Below, piece by piece: positions 39,850 through 53,595 of a stretch of 64,000 bases of DNA (positions are counted from its first letter, which is position 1; each line of letters begins with the position of its first letter). This stretch comes from Atractiella rhizophila. Taxonomy: Eukaryota. The notes under the pieces were generated by a model. It made no database searches. It was not told the DNA's origin and was given only the letters and a program-made list of their open reading frames with translations. The position numbers and the translations under genes were made by a program. The DNA is taken from positions 1 through 64,000 of the forward strand of contig MU271350.1 in NCBI GenBank assembly GCA_021432655.1, written 5' to 3'.

Positions 39850-42765
39850 ACACTGGGTTTAGGCAAGTGTTTCCTCGAATGTCCTTTCCCCTCTCAAAAG
39901 TCTGACTCGTGACAGATCGAGCATAGGCCTCGTCCCCTGTCTCGTTTCCTTCATCAAAACAACCAACTCTGCCGTCACTTGGTCGAATCTAGCGAAAACT
40001 CTTCACTCCTCTCTCTGGCCAACCATTCTGTCCACTGATTTTGCCTCACGAAAGGGTTTGGATCGCCGCGTAATACTTTTCAACGGTTTAGTGATTGTAA
40101 CATGGATTCTCATGGCAGTTGCCGGTCTGTTTCTTTGCATAATCCATGTTTTGTATTGTTAAACCTGTCAAACAGGTGTCATTATTCCGCTCGACCTCGA
40201 TACAGGCAGGAAAGAAAGCCCTCATCAGACGGTCCGCACAAGGTATGTGATGGCTGACAGCAACGTAGGAAAATCAATGAGTCCGAGAGATGCCTACCGT
40301 AGTGGACGATATTGCGGAGTCTTTGGATATTCAACTGCAGATTATCAATCCTGTCCTGGACAAGATATCCACAGTGGCATCATCCCGTCGAATATCACGA
40401 GCAAGTTCTCATCAAGTACTCCACGTTGACCATGCAGTTCCGCAAGTAAATTTTTATACCTTGATTTCTGTTTCCTGTCTGACGCCTCAATAGCTTTTAT
40501 AACGGGTTTACAAAGAACAATACGGTGATGGAATATTTTCTGTAGGCTATATGGCACAGATGGACACAGAGAAGGTATTTTTGGGATTGAAGGCGAGGTT
40601 CTAGATCGTCTTTTTCTTTTAGACTCATTGGTGATGGTTAAGGGCCGTTGTTGATGTGGGGGAACATCCAGAATCGGTTTATTGAACAATACCTTACCAA
40701 CAATAGATAACGACGGAGCGAGTTGGAAGCAAGATGTTCTTTGGATTGAGCCGGTACGCCCCTTTTGTTTTGTATGAGCTTCTGTTGAAATGAGGGAATT
40801 GGAGGTCACAGTATGCGTCAATACGAAACTTACCTTCGAATACACGACCGCTGATAAGTACTATACGTGGCTTACCACGTTGGATATCGTAGATCATGGA
40901 GGGTTTTACAATCTGTATCCCTCTTTTCTTCTTCTTCTGTCTAATCAAACTAATGACGAGGCAGGACGAACGCAGCCCCGAACTTTGCGGACTATGGGGA
41001 AGGACAGAAAGGAAACCTGTGGGAACATGCATTTGCAGCTGCCACTCGTTTGAACCTGATCATGATGGATTCTCGAAACATATCTCAAAACGAAACGTTC
41101 GAAGGATATAGAGTGCCCACGAATCGTACTTCTATCGGGAGGTTGTGCTCCTTGTCTTTTGTTGAGTTCGGCGGCATGTTTATGGATGTTCCCTCGACCT
41201 CCGAAGCATACCTAGCCCCCTACATGTTGCTGACCTCTGTCAAAGAGGTGGAGACTTGACCTTTGGTTCACCGGATCTGAGGGGGATTGCAGGTTCGTCC
41301 TTTCATTTCATATCTATCGACGTTCCTCTGATTGTCAGATGTTTCAAAAGTGTATTGCTCTTTTGTCACAGGGATACCAAATCGGCTGGATCATAGAGAT
41401 TCAAGACGCCAAGGTGCAAACGTGGCGTGGTATCAACCATTGCATGTTTGTGCTTCAGCGACCAAGCTGGCAATACAGACTCTCGAATGCAGATATAACG
41501 GGACAATACAAAGATTTTCAGATCTGAACATCAAACGAGACCCGGAGAACATTCAACGAAATGTGCTCTGGGGAATGGAAAAGCTCGATTCATGGTCGTC
41601 CGTTTATATCGAGCCTGTCTACGGCAAAGTCAACGATGAATAATAGGGTCTGAATGCTTTGTAAGACAAGTGGAAATGGACGGCATTAACCTTGGCACTA
41701 GGTAGGATGATCCTGATCTCCGCACCTTACGGTAAGATCGATTCTACGCCCCTAGAGGTTCATCAGACCGGTTACAGGCTTGGTCTCACTTTGTGCATTC
41801 CGTAGCCACTTGCCAGTCTGATGTGTCGAACTTGGAACCGCAGGAAGTTCTCTGCTGGATGCTGCTTGGTCGGCCGTTCATGATCTCGCCAAAGATGATC
41901 ATTCCTCGCTCGGTTTTTTCTCTGGAGAGCAGCTTTCAGCTAGATGGATCATCCAGCTTTGCAATTTTGGCGAAATGGCGAAGCTACTACCAGGATAATC
42001 CAGATACAGCGCCTGTTCGTCTTTCCCTCGTCACGATTCTCACGTCGTTGAGTCTATGCTAGGCAAAGGTAGCAAACCTTATGTTTACAGATAGGATAGC
42101 CAATAACTTGGTTGGGACTGCGTATGCAAACACGTTGAATGTTCGTCCTAGCGACACTGCAATCACTTACGACATTGTCTTTGCCATACCAGCACTGATA
42201 ATCCTTTCGATTTGGGTGCCGGTTCTAGTGTCGCTGCCGTCCTTCTCTTGACCGGCAAAATGACATTTGATTATCGTTTGTCTTTCTCTCTCTTGAGCGT
42301 TCATGTCTAAACTTTTGAATCAGTTCGTTTTCTGCTCAATCAGACTTCGATCGGGAGAACAGTGGTTGGCGACTCGTACTTTCGTGTCGTAAAAGAGGAT
42401 AGCGAAGACCATGCCTATTCCCCCGTTTCCGAGAAACGAACCGAACCATCACAGGCCTCCGCTTCCCCTCGAAAGACAGGCAGGAAGTTGATTGACGATA
42501 CTTATTACACCGCGTCTGATACCTTTCAATCGCGTCTCCGAATGACAACAAGACGATGGCTGGAATGGAGGGGAAAGACCCCTTCTCACCTTGTCAGTTC
42601 CTACGTCACACAGGAAAACTGAAAAGGAAATGGACCGTTTTTTCGTCTCCTTTGTCTCTAATTCGCTTAACGAGGATCAAGGAGAAGGCTACGCATTTCT
42701 TTCAACTTCTTCCCGCAATGTTAGTTTGCCTAGACCTCCCGATCTCGAGAACGAGGCACACTTAG
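39850..42765 (+). pseudogene. Uncharacterized fungal membrane-anchored protein, disrupted
   Basis: N-terminal TM (LVIVTWILMAVAGLFL), LHVCASATK..RYNGT..WGME..PVYG, C-terminal TM (YDIVFAIPALIIL); intron signals; stops; boundaries approximate. Confidence 0.5.
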
Positions 42766-43130
42766 GGGGGCCGGAGGATAGATGGAAGCATTCAAATCGA
42801 CAAATCGATGGTTAGTAGCCCACTTCACGCCTTCATATGGAGGAGGAAGCATGCATTCTCAATGCTGCAGAAATCAATCCCTACCGACTGTTGCTACCTT
42901 CACCCTCATTGTTTCATTGTAGCGCCTATAGCATCATCTATAGAATAGATTGATTACAAGAGATGTTCACGTAAGGAACAAAAGTTCAGTTAGTGGATTG
43001 TAGGTATGCCTAACTCCAGTGGCAAACCACCGACCAAGCAGCTTCAATTCGCCAAAAGCAGGCGGCAAACTCGTCGCCCCCAGGGGTTTGAGCAAGCGAA
43101 AAATGGTTTTGCGCTTCAATTTTGAGAAAA

Positions 43131-43413
43131 CAAGTGTGTTAGCGGCCTTCGTCACTCAGGCCCCCCAACCCACTCGCAAGGGGCATGGCCCCTTGAACCC
43201 TACTGTGACTCTTGTGAGGGTTCGAGTCCAGTGTGAAACGCATTTTTTTTCCCCTTCAGAATAAAATTTCCTCGCGGATTCAGAAAGGCGCAAGCATATG
43301 CAGTAAGATGGGGTAATTCATTTCTTTTCAATGTCCCTGGTGAGGGAGGTATGAAGGCTCAAAAGTGCGTTTTATGACTCATGCCAAGAACGGATGGCTT
43401 TTAGAGGTAAGGA
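43131..43413 (-). mobile_element. 283-bp non-autonomous Helitron
   Basis: On the - strand: TC start, hairpin ggcctgagtgacgaaggcc, CACACTTG end. Inserted at A|T with no TSD inside the module shared with 4221-4352. Confidence 0.88.
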
Positions 43414-44077
43414 TTCGCAGCCAAAAAGCAGGTCAAAACGGGTCGACCAATTTTATCACAGACCAACTCCGACCCCTTGGGCGACTGGTCTGCTGGATGT
43501 GATACATTGTAAGGGCATGCAGGCACTTATAAATTGAGTCCAAACTGCTTCATATTGAAATTGAATTATGCTACGAATGCTGCTGCCTATGGGCATTGGC
43601 AATTATAGGAAGCAGCAGCCAAATAATTTCGCAGTGGCGGACAGCTCGTCCGGAGCCTAAATTTTTAGGCTTCGGACTGATAAATGTCTCCCGTGCTATC
43701 TGCTTGCACATTGCCTGTTCACCGACTCTGTCACTAAGTAACTAAGCTAAAACTACAGCATGGTCGGTCGCATCCGATATCCCTGTGTTTCTGGCCAGCC
43801 TTCCCTTTCGTTTTAGAGCTTTAGAGCTTCAGCATCAATAATCGATACTTTCGCCTTCCTTGTGCCACCAATCACTGCTTCCGCTCACCCTTGCGAGCAC
43901 AACCTACTTTGACCGTACGGAAGTTGTTGAGGTTTATCACTCCCAAGCGATCGAGCCAATCGTCATTTTTCCCGAACACTGGAGGTAGTCATCCAGTCTG
44001 AAGGGAAGAGGGAGTGAACGGCTATATTGAGATTTGGTCGTCATCAGTTTCGTCCTCCCACCACAAGATTCGCAACA

Positions 44078-46359
44078 ATGAGCTCTCGAGCTCCCACTCC
44101 TCCACAATCGAGTCTAGTGCCCACTTCCAATCAGCTAAAAGTAACGCCCCGACGTACCACCAGTCGCTCCAGCTTCCACAGTCAAGCTTCGCAGAATGAA
44201 GGGTCGGATGAAGCGAAACTTTCTGCCGCTCGAGAAATGAAGGGACGCTTTGTCTACATGGACGTCGAGGCGTTCTTGGACTTGTTGCCGCCCGGTCCTG
44301 TCATGCCCGAACCAACAGTCCCTCCGACCCTCTCCCACAATGAAAATTTCGAGCATTATACCCCTTTTGTGAGTGTTGTTCCATTATCACGGCTCAGTAT
44401 TTATGTGGATTCTTCTTAGATCGACTATATGTCTTCATTCGTGGGGGATTGGAAACTAGCGAACACGAGTCAATCCAACGATGGCCGATGCTTTGCGCCA
44501 GTGTTTGGGTCTGATCGTGGTAAACCGGATGTCACTCTTTACGATCCGTCATCTGAAATCGAGCAGAGTGATGAGGGTACTAAGGGTTACAAGGCCGATA
44601 TGGCGCGGGCAGAATTGTTTGGGGAATTCAAAGTCAAAAAGGAAAGCGATCCTTTTGAAGATACAGATGACCTGGGAACTCCCACGAGAGGCATCGTAGA
44701 GACGGAGAGCCGGACAGGACAGAAGACACGCGGCCAGATCATCATCTACAGTACGATGATTCTATCGAGTCAACAACGAACTCGTGTTTTGCCATTTTAC
44801 GTGCGAGGTCACAACGCGCGATTGATCTGCCACTCACGAGCTGGGTTTCGAGTTACCCGATTACTCGAAGGATACCTACCTTCAAGAGTTCTTCTGGAGA
44901 TATACGAACGCCAACCGAGAGGACCGTGGACATGACCTTACCTTCGTCTTAGCACCAGATAATCAACTATCTCATCACGCTCCGGAGGTTCTGGAGCTTA
45001 GCGCGAGTGAACCTCTCTTTAGGGTTTCAGTCGGGGTGACCGATGCGGAAGCTCGACACTTTTACGTTTCGACACCGTTTACGTACCGGCATAACATCCC
45101 AGTCGGTCGCGGGACGAGATGCTTTCGAGCATTTGATCCAGAAGGAGCCACTGACGAAGAACAGCGAGTTTTCTTGAAAGATACGTGGCCCAACGTCGGA
45201 TACGCTAAGGCGGAAGGAGAAATCTACGAGCTGTTGAAAGAGAAAGGAATACCGCATGTTCTGAAACACGTCGTTCATGGTGATGTCCCAGGAAGGCTCC
45301 AACTCGCTTCTGCGGGGGAGAAATCGCTCCGTCACTGTCGATTGGTTTTGGACAAGGTCGTCCGTCCGCTATGGGAGCTCCCATCTACGAAATGCCTGGT
45401 TCAAACTCTAGCTGATGCTCTCGAAGGTAAGTAAATTCTCTAGACAACACCAACCTCTTATCCATCTGGTCGCTTTAGCTCACCAGAAAGCCTTCGATTC
45501 CTCCAATGGTCAAGCTTCGATCCTTCATAGAGATATATCTGAAGGCAACATTCTCTTTGACGACAACGGACGCGGTGTCCTTGGTGATTGGGAGCTTGCT
45601 AGGGTGGGGGAGGAAACATCTGAGGCGAATGAGCGAACTGTAAGTGTTGCTGTCTGATGCGAATGCCATTATTGACGGGTTGATAGGGAACAGAGGAGTT
45701 TACGTCCCTGCGTCTCCTAGAGAGCATGGCGCATGATTCGCCGATACGGCATGAAGTACAGGACGACATGGAGTCAATTATCTATGTTCTTCTATACACT
45801 GCAGCTTCGTATGCGCCTAGCACCATGACCCCCGACGAACGGGGACGATTCCTCTCCAACTTTGATAGAGTGCCGTTTCACGAACTTTCCGTGTCGATCA
45901 AGGCCAGAAAGTCGGTGATTGGATCACAGAGGACTGTGGACGATCTCGAACTCACGACTGCGCTGGTTCAAGGACGTCCCAGAGGAAGTGATGACGGCCC
46001 TGAGACAGTCGGTTCTTGGATTGAGAAGGGAACTGTTTAAGGCGAAGAAAGAGAACATCAGGTTGACATTGAGACTGGAGAAGAAGGGGCCGTTTACAGA
46101 GGCAGAGGTCGAGGCCATGGCTATTCGTGAGGAAAAGAGGCTACACGCTCAGATGGTGATGCATGATTGCTTACGCAAGATATTGAAGGACGCGCTCAAG
46201 TCGGGAGACTGGGGAGATAAGAAGGATAAGGCACATGATCACGAGGCTAGGCGTCCTGGTCAGAAGATACGAAAGAGGAAGGGAAAGGAGTTGCAATCCG
46301 GTCAAGCATCCAAAAAAATCGAGAGGACCCGGAAGTGGGAGCATTGTGAAGGTAGCTAA
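44078..46359 (+). pseudogene. Second FunK1-type fungal protein kinase, frameshifted
   Basis: KPDV, GEFK, GRGTRCF, LKDTW, LHRDISEGNIL, GDWELA, HEVQDDMES; same intron positions as the first copy; frameshifts near 44860 and 45960. Confidence 0.85.
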
Positions 46360-46379
46360 AGGGCATATGGCAGTTTCAG

Positions 46380-47500
46380 AGTAATTTACGGTCAAAAAAA
46401 TGATGATGCCTCCAGTCCAATTTGGCACAATTGTGATGCCACTTCCAGAAACTGAAAGTTATGATGTTGCCACTCGACAATACACTTCCGCGCCAGCCCT
46501 TTTTGAGGTCATTCCAGTATTCCCTCAGCGGTGCTCTCGAAAGAGCTTTTGCTCATCTGACATAATTTCCAGCAAGAACAATAGGAGTTTAGATGTAGCC
46601 TCAGCTAGTCCTCATTGCTGCTGATATTTGGGTTGCCAGTTGTACAAATATGATTGCAATATCTACGATCCATACATATGCCAATAAAGCCAGTGCCCAT
46701 CATCCCATTAAGAGTAAGTAATTGAGACTTCAGGTTAGTGCAGAGATGGTGTAGGAAGCATCGACAATTTATTCCTCAGTGCTTTTCTGATGGCAAAATA
46801 CTTTCAGCCTGCGTTGCTGGTGTGTTAAGAAAGATACCCACCTGCTCAGCGCTATCCCCCAATTTCTGACAACTGCCCTTCCCACATCCTGTGTTGTCTT
46901 CATATCCTGGTAATGGCCCATTGTTAGAAGTTAAGGGGCAATAATAGTTCATGGGACATACAAATGTGGAATGTGGAGGCTTACAGTTGACGAGCGACCA
47001 GGTTGTCCATGACGAGAGAGGGCGAGAAAGGAAGGGACAAACCTCAATGTCCTCGCTCTGCCTCACAAGCTTATTGACAACACTAGCTGGCCAAACTGAT
47101 GAATACGATCAGTAAGGACACGCCGAGAAAGAAAACAGCGAGGGGAGCAAGGAGACACACTTGTACTTCAAATCTTGATGAGCCTAGCGCAGCCAGCCTG
47201 GAAAGCGTATGACAGCCCCGAGGACGCGGATTATGAACTGTCCAACGAACTGATTGACCAGGCGACAGATCCAATTTCGTCAGAAAAACAGTCCAAAAGG
47301 TAAGATATAACCAAAACAAAGAAAGGAATGACGAAATTGAAAGGATAAAACACAGACTTTGGTGTGACGTGCATGGTCGTCGCAACAACCCGTATACCCT
47401 CCGCGTGTAGCCCATAAGATATCCAGTAACCGTGTCCTTGACTTTATTGGTGCCCCTGGGGGCCACTTTTAAGTCGATTTTTTCCACATCCTTTCCTTCT
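46380..47500 (-). other. Possible decayed membrane-protein gene
   Basis: Hydrophobic helices at 47083-47400 and a Cys-rich segment at 46776-47066; no recognised family. Confidence 0.3.
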
Positions 47501-49216
47501 TCGCCATCGACGTTGGGGGATGTTCATGCGCTCCATATTTGTTTTCTTCACCTTGCTGGATCCGACAGGTCTTACAGAGTGTTTGGGGATGGCAAGGTGC
47601 TTTAAAACCTCATTTCGTCCTCATTTTGAACTATGACCGCGCTGTGAGAGACTTTTGACAGCTCTCAGAATCCGATGGACTCATCAAGTCTCGGCGAGAG
47701 AGGAAGGAAGGAGAAAGCCAGGGTTGCTCTAGGTTGAATGTTGCAGCCACTGCCCAAGGTTCGTGCCTATCGCCAATCTCGGTTCGGGTTAGGTCATTGT
47801 AGTTGGAAGAGGAAGTCGCGCTGTTGTCCTTGCCCATGTTCTCCCCGTGAGTGTTATTGCTATTGCATGGCACGCTCGCCGTCGGCACCGTTTGCTCCTT
47901 CATCTTCCATTGTTCACGCTGGCTTCATGCGGAATGACATCCTTGAGCATGCATAATAGAAGGTGCCAACCAGAGCCGCCCTTACACAGGAAGTTTTGCA
48001 GTTTAAGAAGCAGCGCTAAGCTCGCCTTCAGCAGGGGGCTCCGGGGGGCCGGCCTTGCTTCAAGGCCATGGATCAATGTTGCTGGGACTAATGTGCACTG
48101 GTTCGACGGGGTTACACCGCGCTAGCCCAATAGTGTTAGACTTCTCGGTCGACGGTGCTTGCGAACTCTCATTCGAATGGCACTTCAAAGAAAGGCCATC
48201 AACCTGCTCTGACCTAGCCTCCTGCACCTAATCCTTATAAGCGTCACCGCTATGCAGAAACAGTACAACGAACTCAGGTGAGAGTGTCCTATAAATTTGC
48301 TGAATGCCCCTCAATTTCGATACTATGTTTCAAAATCCAGTGCAATACCCATGCAATACCGTGATCCCGTTCCACATTCGAATCTATGACCTGTGAACGT
48401 CCTAAGCGTTCCCTGAAACTTGCAGCAGCTTACGACACGGTAGTCCAGCCGGGGTTGAAATGTCCTACCAGGGTCCTACACTGAGGAATAGAGGCTGTGC
48501 AGTCGCCTGAAAAATCGCTTTCCCCTAGAAAATATAGTAGGGCTTTGATATAGAATTGCCGTCGTCACTGCTTTATATGACCTTGTGGATGCTCATTCAG
48601 GAGTCACTGTTTATCTCTAATAGTTCACGCAAGGTACTCCAAAGCGTGATGGTCTCATTTGATGCTAGCTGCTGCTTAAACTGGTTTTTGCATTCTGAAT
48701 CGCTCAGAAGCAGTGGCATACCCGAAGCAATAAGAAGGATGCGCATTGGACTGTTTACACATTACCGAATAAGGTAGAACCTGCAGGGACTGTCTTAGAG
48801 ACTTTTGCTCGTAAGTCGAATCCGCAAGCTACCGAATCTAGCTGGACATTTCTTCCCACGCAATCATATTGGTGTTGAGAGAAGCGTCATACAATTACGC
48901 GCCATTGTTAAGTCAAAGAACGTACATAACTTATGCTGTCCATCCTAAGAACCATCCTCCCTTTTCCGTTGTTAATCGACACGACAGATACCAACGAAGG
49001 CTTGGGGAAGCCATTATCGAGTTCCCTTCTTTAACTGAAGTTCTCTGTCTTCCCTTCACCACATCCTATTCACAACCTTGAAACCGCACCTTCCTCGCAT
49101 TTTAACTACCCTTGAGCAGCGATAGTCATCGTAGCAGAGATCGTGGCTGCATTGCTGTTTCTCAAGAACCCCTTTTCCAGCAGCCTTTGCTGACGAAAGT
49201 TGTTTTCCGAGGTGGT

Positions 49217-51800
49217 TAGGGATACACAATGTGGCGTGGCATGGCGTGTATAGGGGGCCACATGAGCTTCGTCACATCAAGTGAATGCTGGCATGTACGG
49301 GGAGACGTGTTCCCATTCGCTGAGTCGCACATCAAAGGTGGCGGTAACGGGTTTGTAGCTGGCAAACGCCTCATGTCGTGTAATGACATGCGATGTTGAC
49401 ATTACTAGGCTAGATAATGTAAAATAAAGCACATTGAGTGAAGCTGAGAAGTCAAGATGTGAATGTATCTATAAAGAACTTTTCAACCTGCTCAACTTGA
49501 AGTTCCTTTCGCAATGGCAGCCAGATCTGCCTTTAGTTTCTTTGTGTTTTGATCTCTCTCCAACCGTAGCTGAGCCTTAAGAACCATGAGAGACTGAATA
49601 GTGTTGGGTTTGAGGCATGCGCGGCGGATCCCTATCGTATCTCGTGCTGCGCTGAAGATGGGTTCCACAGCTACCGAACAGCCTAAAAATGAATAATCAG
49701 CCTCAGAATTGAATAAGAAGACAAATGAAGGAAACCCAAACCAGGAATTGACAGAATATTCCTTGCCATTTGAGACCACTGCTTCAAATCCATTTTCAAC
49801 CTCGTGCGATAGATTTCCAGAGGATCCTCCATCCACCCCAGCGGAGGGAGACTAAACCAGATATTTGGTTGCAAGTCCTCATCTTCTTGAAACGCCTTCA
49901 TATGCTGATTAGCCTTCTGCATAAGTTTCGCTGAATACGAGAGTGTTGCTACAGTTTTTGTACTGTCAAGCTGCAATGATGCGGAAGAACAAGAGTTGTC
50001 GGAGGAAGATGGTTTGCTTTTTCGAAGATAATTGACCCTGAAATGTTCGATCAAAGCTGCTTTGCTGGCTGCAATCGTGTCCCTGTGCTCATTGAAAATG
50101 GGATTCACAAGGAAGTGATGATTGAGACGAGGGTCAAGAACTAAGCGGAATGAAGTTAACTTGAAGCGGTGCCAATCAAGACTTGCTACTCACAGACAGA
50201 CCATAAAGGATAAGGAGAATTGTCTAGCACAGGATTGTTGCTGCTCAACTTCAATTCACCAATCCATCTCTAATTTCCTTTGGAATGGTTTTCGGCATGG
50301 TTGGGATGAACTCTTTGATTTCCCCATAAGTCCATAGTACATCCCCAGTGTCAATGATAAGGATGGAGAGGATGTTGTTGACATCTCGATTGTGGCGTCG
50401 CGAAAGATTAAAGCCAAGTCGCAACTGCTTCAACTCCGTCCCACTCTGCTTTCCACAAACATTGATGGTCTAAGCCAAACTGGTCAACATAATTCTCTAT
50501 TGCGCCCTGATAACGAAGGCAGAGTGCGAGCATGTCATGTGTTGAGGACCAGCGTGTGCGGCAATCGAGGACAAGAATCTTCAGTTCTTCATCCGAGAGT
50601 TTTCCGAGTTCGTCAAGGGTCTCCTCTAGTATCTTGAACCTCCCCCCTCGTCGTTCAGGCGTCAACCGAAGATGTCTCACAATAAAACGAAGCTATTGCT
50701 GCTGATTAGCAACATAAATAGCATAGAAGGACATACCTTAGCAAGGGTTTCCTTAACCATTCCGACCTGAACCACAATATCTGAATGGTGTTCAAATGGC
50801 AGTTCTCCACCTTCCCTCTTGTTCTTCCGCGTAACTTCCCCTGCCAGACTACTGATTCCTTTCCTTCATCCTCCTTCCCCTTCTGTGGGAAAGCACTGAT
50901 AACTTTCAAAAGCTCTAAAGCCGCAAGATGAATGACGTGAGCAGAACAGAACATGCGGTGTTCTTTTGCGTTTGAAGGGATGCCAGCTCTAGCAATTGGG
51001 ACTCAATCTGTGGATACAGACAGGAATGTGTCCCATTGCCTTATCAATATCCTCTTGAGGGATGTCTACTTTCTTCCGCACCATGAGCTGTAACTTCTGG
51101 TAAAGGGCATCGGCCCCTCTGTGATTTTGAGCTGTCTTAAGATGACATTCCAGGCAAGAGTGATTATTGTGACTTGTTTTTGCTACTCGGCAGACGAAAT
51201 AGCAGTGATTGCACTTGTAGTATTTGTCCCCTTCCTGATGACCTTCTTGATCTGTGTTGGAGCCTCATCCTTGGAAATCTGTTTGAAAAGGTAATGCACC
51301 ATGGCTCGTTGTCGAGTGCCAGTTACCTGAATGAGCTAGTAAGTAAGAACGGAAACCTGAGATGTAGTAGAGACACACCTTTGAGTGTTGAACATGCGGC
51401 TTATTTGGACTAAGGGCTATCATTGTAGAGGTAGGTTGACCATTCTATCACCATGGCCCATTTTTCAAGGCTGTTTGAATGGAATAAAGGACGAACCTGG
51501 ACTCGTTTCTTGGATTTCTTGAACATCTTCCCTGGCAGCATCTCGGCTAGCTCCCAGTTCGATACCTTCGTTTCATCTTGCTCCACCTGTTCGCCATCCT
51601 CTCCACTCACTTTACTTCCATCTCATTCTCTTCTCCTGAAGAAAGCGCAAAGAGCCCTCCATCGCCCCTGTTTCATCCACTACTAGATCCGCCAGGAGCA
51701 GTGGGTGGAAAATGGACTGCTGCAGCGCACAACGACCTTTCCGAGCTTGCACAATATAGGATGGTACGTCGTATTTATTCTCACTTTCACATAAAATGCA
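49217..51800 (-). mobile_element. Second hAT element, one TIR only, decayed transposase
   Basis: TAGGGAT terminus at 49217; CSVAVEPIFSAARDT, DCRTRWSSTHDML, FCSAHVIHLA; colinear with the 6925-10313 copy. Confidence 0.85.
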
Positions 51801-51892
51801 GCATGCAATTCAATAGGAAAATTTTTGAGAAGAGTCAGGCGACTCAAGTTCACGAATGTTTCCCGAAACTAGGAAAAAAACATACTCCTTAA

Positions 51893-53487
51893 CTATTTGC
51901 GCCGATGTCCTTTTGGAAGCACCAATTCGATACGGTTCCGTTGGCAATATTTGACGATTGCTGTCCTTGTAGAACTCCATTTCTCCGTGGCCGAGATTGA
52001 TGTGGCATAAGACTCGGAATCTAATGTCAATGATCTAATATGGCTTGTTTTCAGAGCTGTTCTCCACAAACCCCAATCTAGGCCTTTCCCCATACAGTGT
52101 TTCAAGCTGAGCCTTTGCAGCGGAGGTTGGAATAGACCAGGAGAATCTGAGTCCCAAGGCGGCAATTCCGTCTCGCTGAGAGTCAGTGAAATGAGAGCTT
52201 TGCAGTTGCCGATGATCCGGTAAAAGTTGTCAAAGAGACTGTCGCCGTCACGGGAATAGAAGCAGCCACAACTGAGAGAGAGATCTTGAATAGTTGGTGA
52301 GATCGCTTCGAGGATAGAACATAGGAGCTTTACTTCGCGATGGAAGTCGCATTGAAAGACACTGAGCCGTGGAAAAGGCGCATCGATCTGTTTGATATGT
52401 TTCAAAACGGTCAACAAAGATGACCTGCTACCGATTAAGCGCAAGCCCGTGAGTTGTGCCGGCAATATCGACGAGAGGTCCATGTCGCTTTCTGGCAACC
52501 TGGGTGAAAGCCAGGGAGCGGGTCCTAAGTGTGATGTTATAGTTGAATCAAATGTGTCTCGATTCCCATTCCCCGAAAGCAGAGTAAGATGCGTGATGCG
52601 TGAAAAAGTCTTCATTGCCGTCCAAAAAAATTCCGATCCGTCATCAACAAGATATAGAGTTCTAATTCGATGGTTCACGGGTTCCAAGGCTTGTAAAATT
52701 TTGGAAAATAAGTCATTGTGAATCTTCGAATCAGGGCCATCGGTGGGGTGCCAATTCAAACTGAGAGTGGTGATGCGAGAGCACAACCCGATTATTTTGA
52801 GGACCGCTGTGTCGTCAAAAATATTTCCAGGTGTTGTTCGGATAGTCAGATGTCGAATGTCTTCAACCTTTACCTGACCAAGCATGCGCAAGAATGTCCA
52901 AATCGTCTGTCGATCCACAAGAGCAACGGGATCCACAGACAGTTCGCGCAAGACCTGCATCCAAGTCAAGTCAAATACATTCTATTGTAGAAGAGAAAGG
53001 AAAGTATACCACTTACAATGGGAAAGAGTGATTTGCAAATACAAAGCCAGCTGCTCATTTGTCTATCCGTCCTAATCCCTTCTACGTGGAGAGCTTCATA
53101 AAATATAGTTGACAATATCATATCTTGTTCGGTAGCTGCAATTTTTTTTGCTGTTTTTTTTCGTACTTTGTTTGGAGCGATAATATTTGAAGCCTTCAGC
53201 TTGACGGGAGAGATGAGCTTCGAGTTGATTTCTTTTCTCTCTAGGAGGTTCAGAATGGTAGCCTTCAAGTCGAGTAGCTTTCGCTCAGCGTCAAGTTCTC
53301 GGATTTTCCAAACGTTGACCAGAAATTGCAAGGTCTGCTCGATACTCTCGATACGCCGAGTGTCCTGTTGGGAACCGTCCAGGCGAATTACGGAGCAGTT
53401 TTGTTGAATCCAAAGCTCGAGGAAGGAGGTCATTCCATCAATGGAATCGTCAGTAACGATCGGATCAGGAAGGAGTTCCATTGACAT
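51893..53487 (-). CDS. F-box/LRR (RNI-like) protein
   Basis: N-terminal coiled-coil-like region, F-box-like ILSTIF..LCICK, probable intron near 52990-53010, then LxxLxL repeats (IRHLTI, ITTLSL, IRTLYL, LTGLRL, IQDLSL, LQRLSL). Confidence 0.6.
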
Positions 53488-53595
53488 AGACAATGGAAAG
53501 TTGGTTGAGGGGAGGAAATTAAAAAATGAACATATGCCTCGTTTTTCTCGATTTTCTCCCACAAGCTGAGCGGCCCCCTCGTCCCCTCGGGGAGA

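Noticed and set aside
43215..43235. GGTTCGAGTCC as a tRNA gene
   Set aside because: An isolated B-box with no cloverleaf, inside the 283-bp Helitron.
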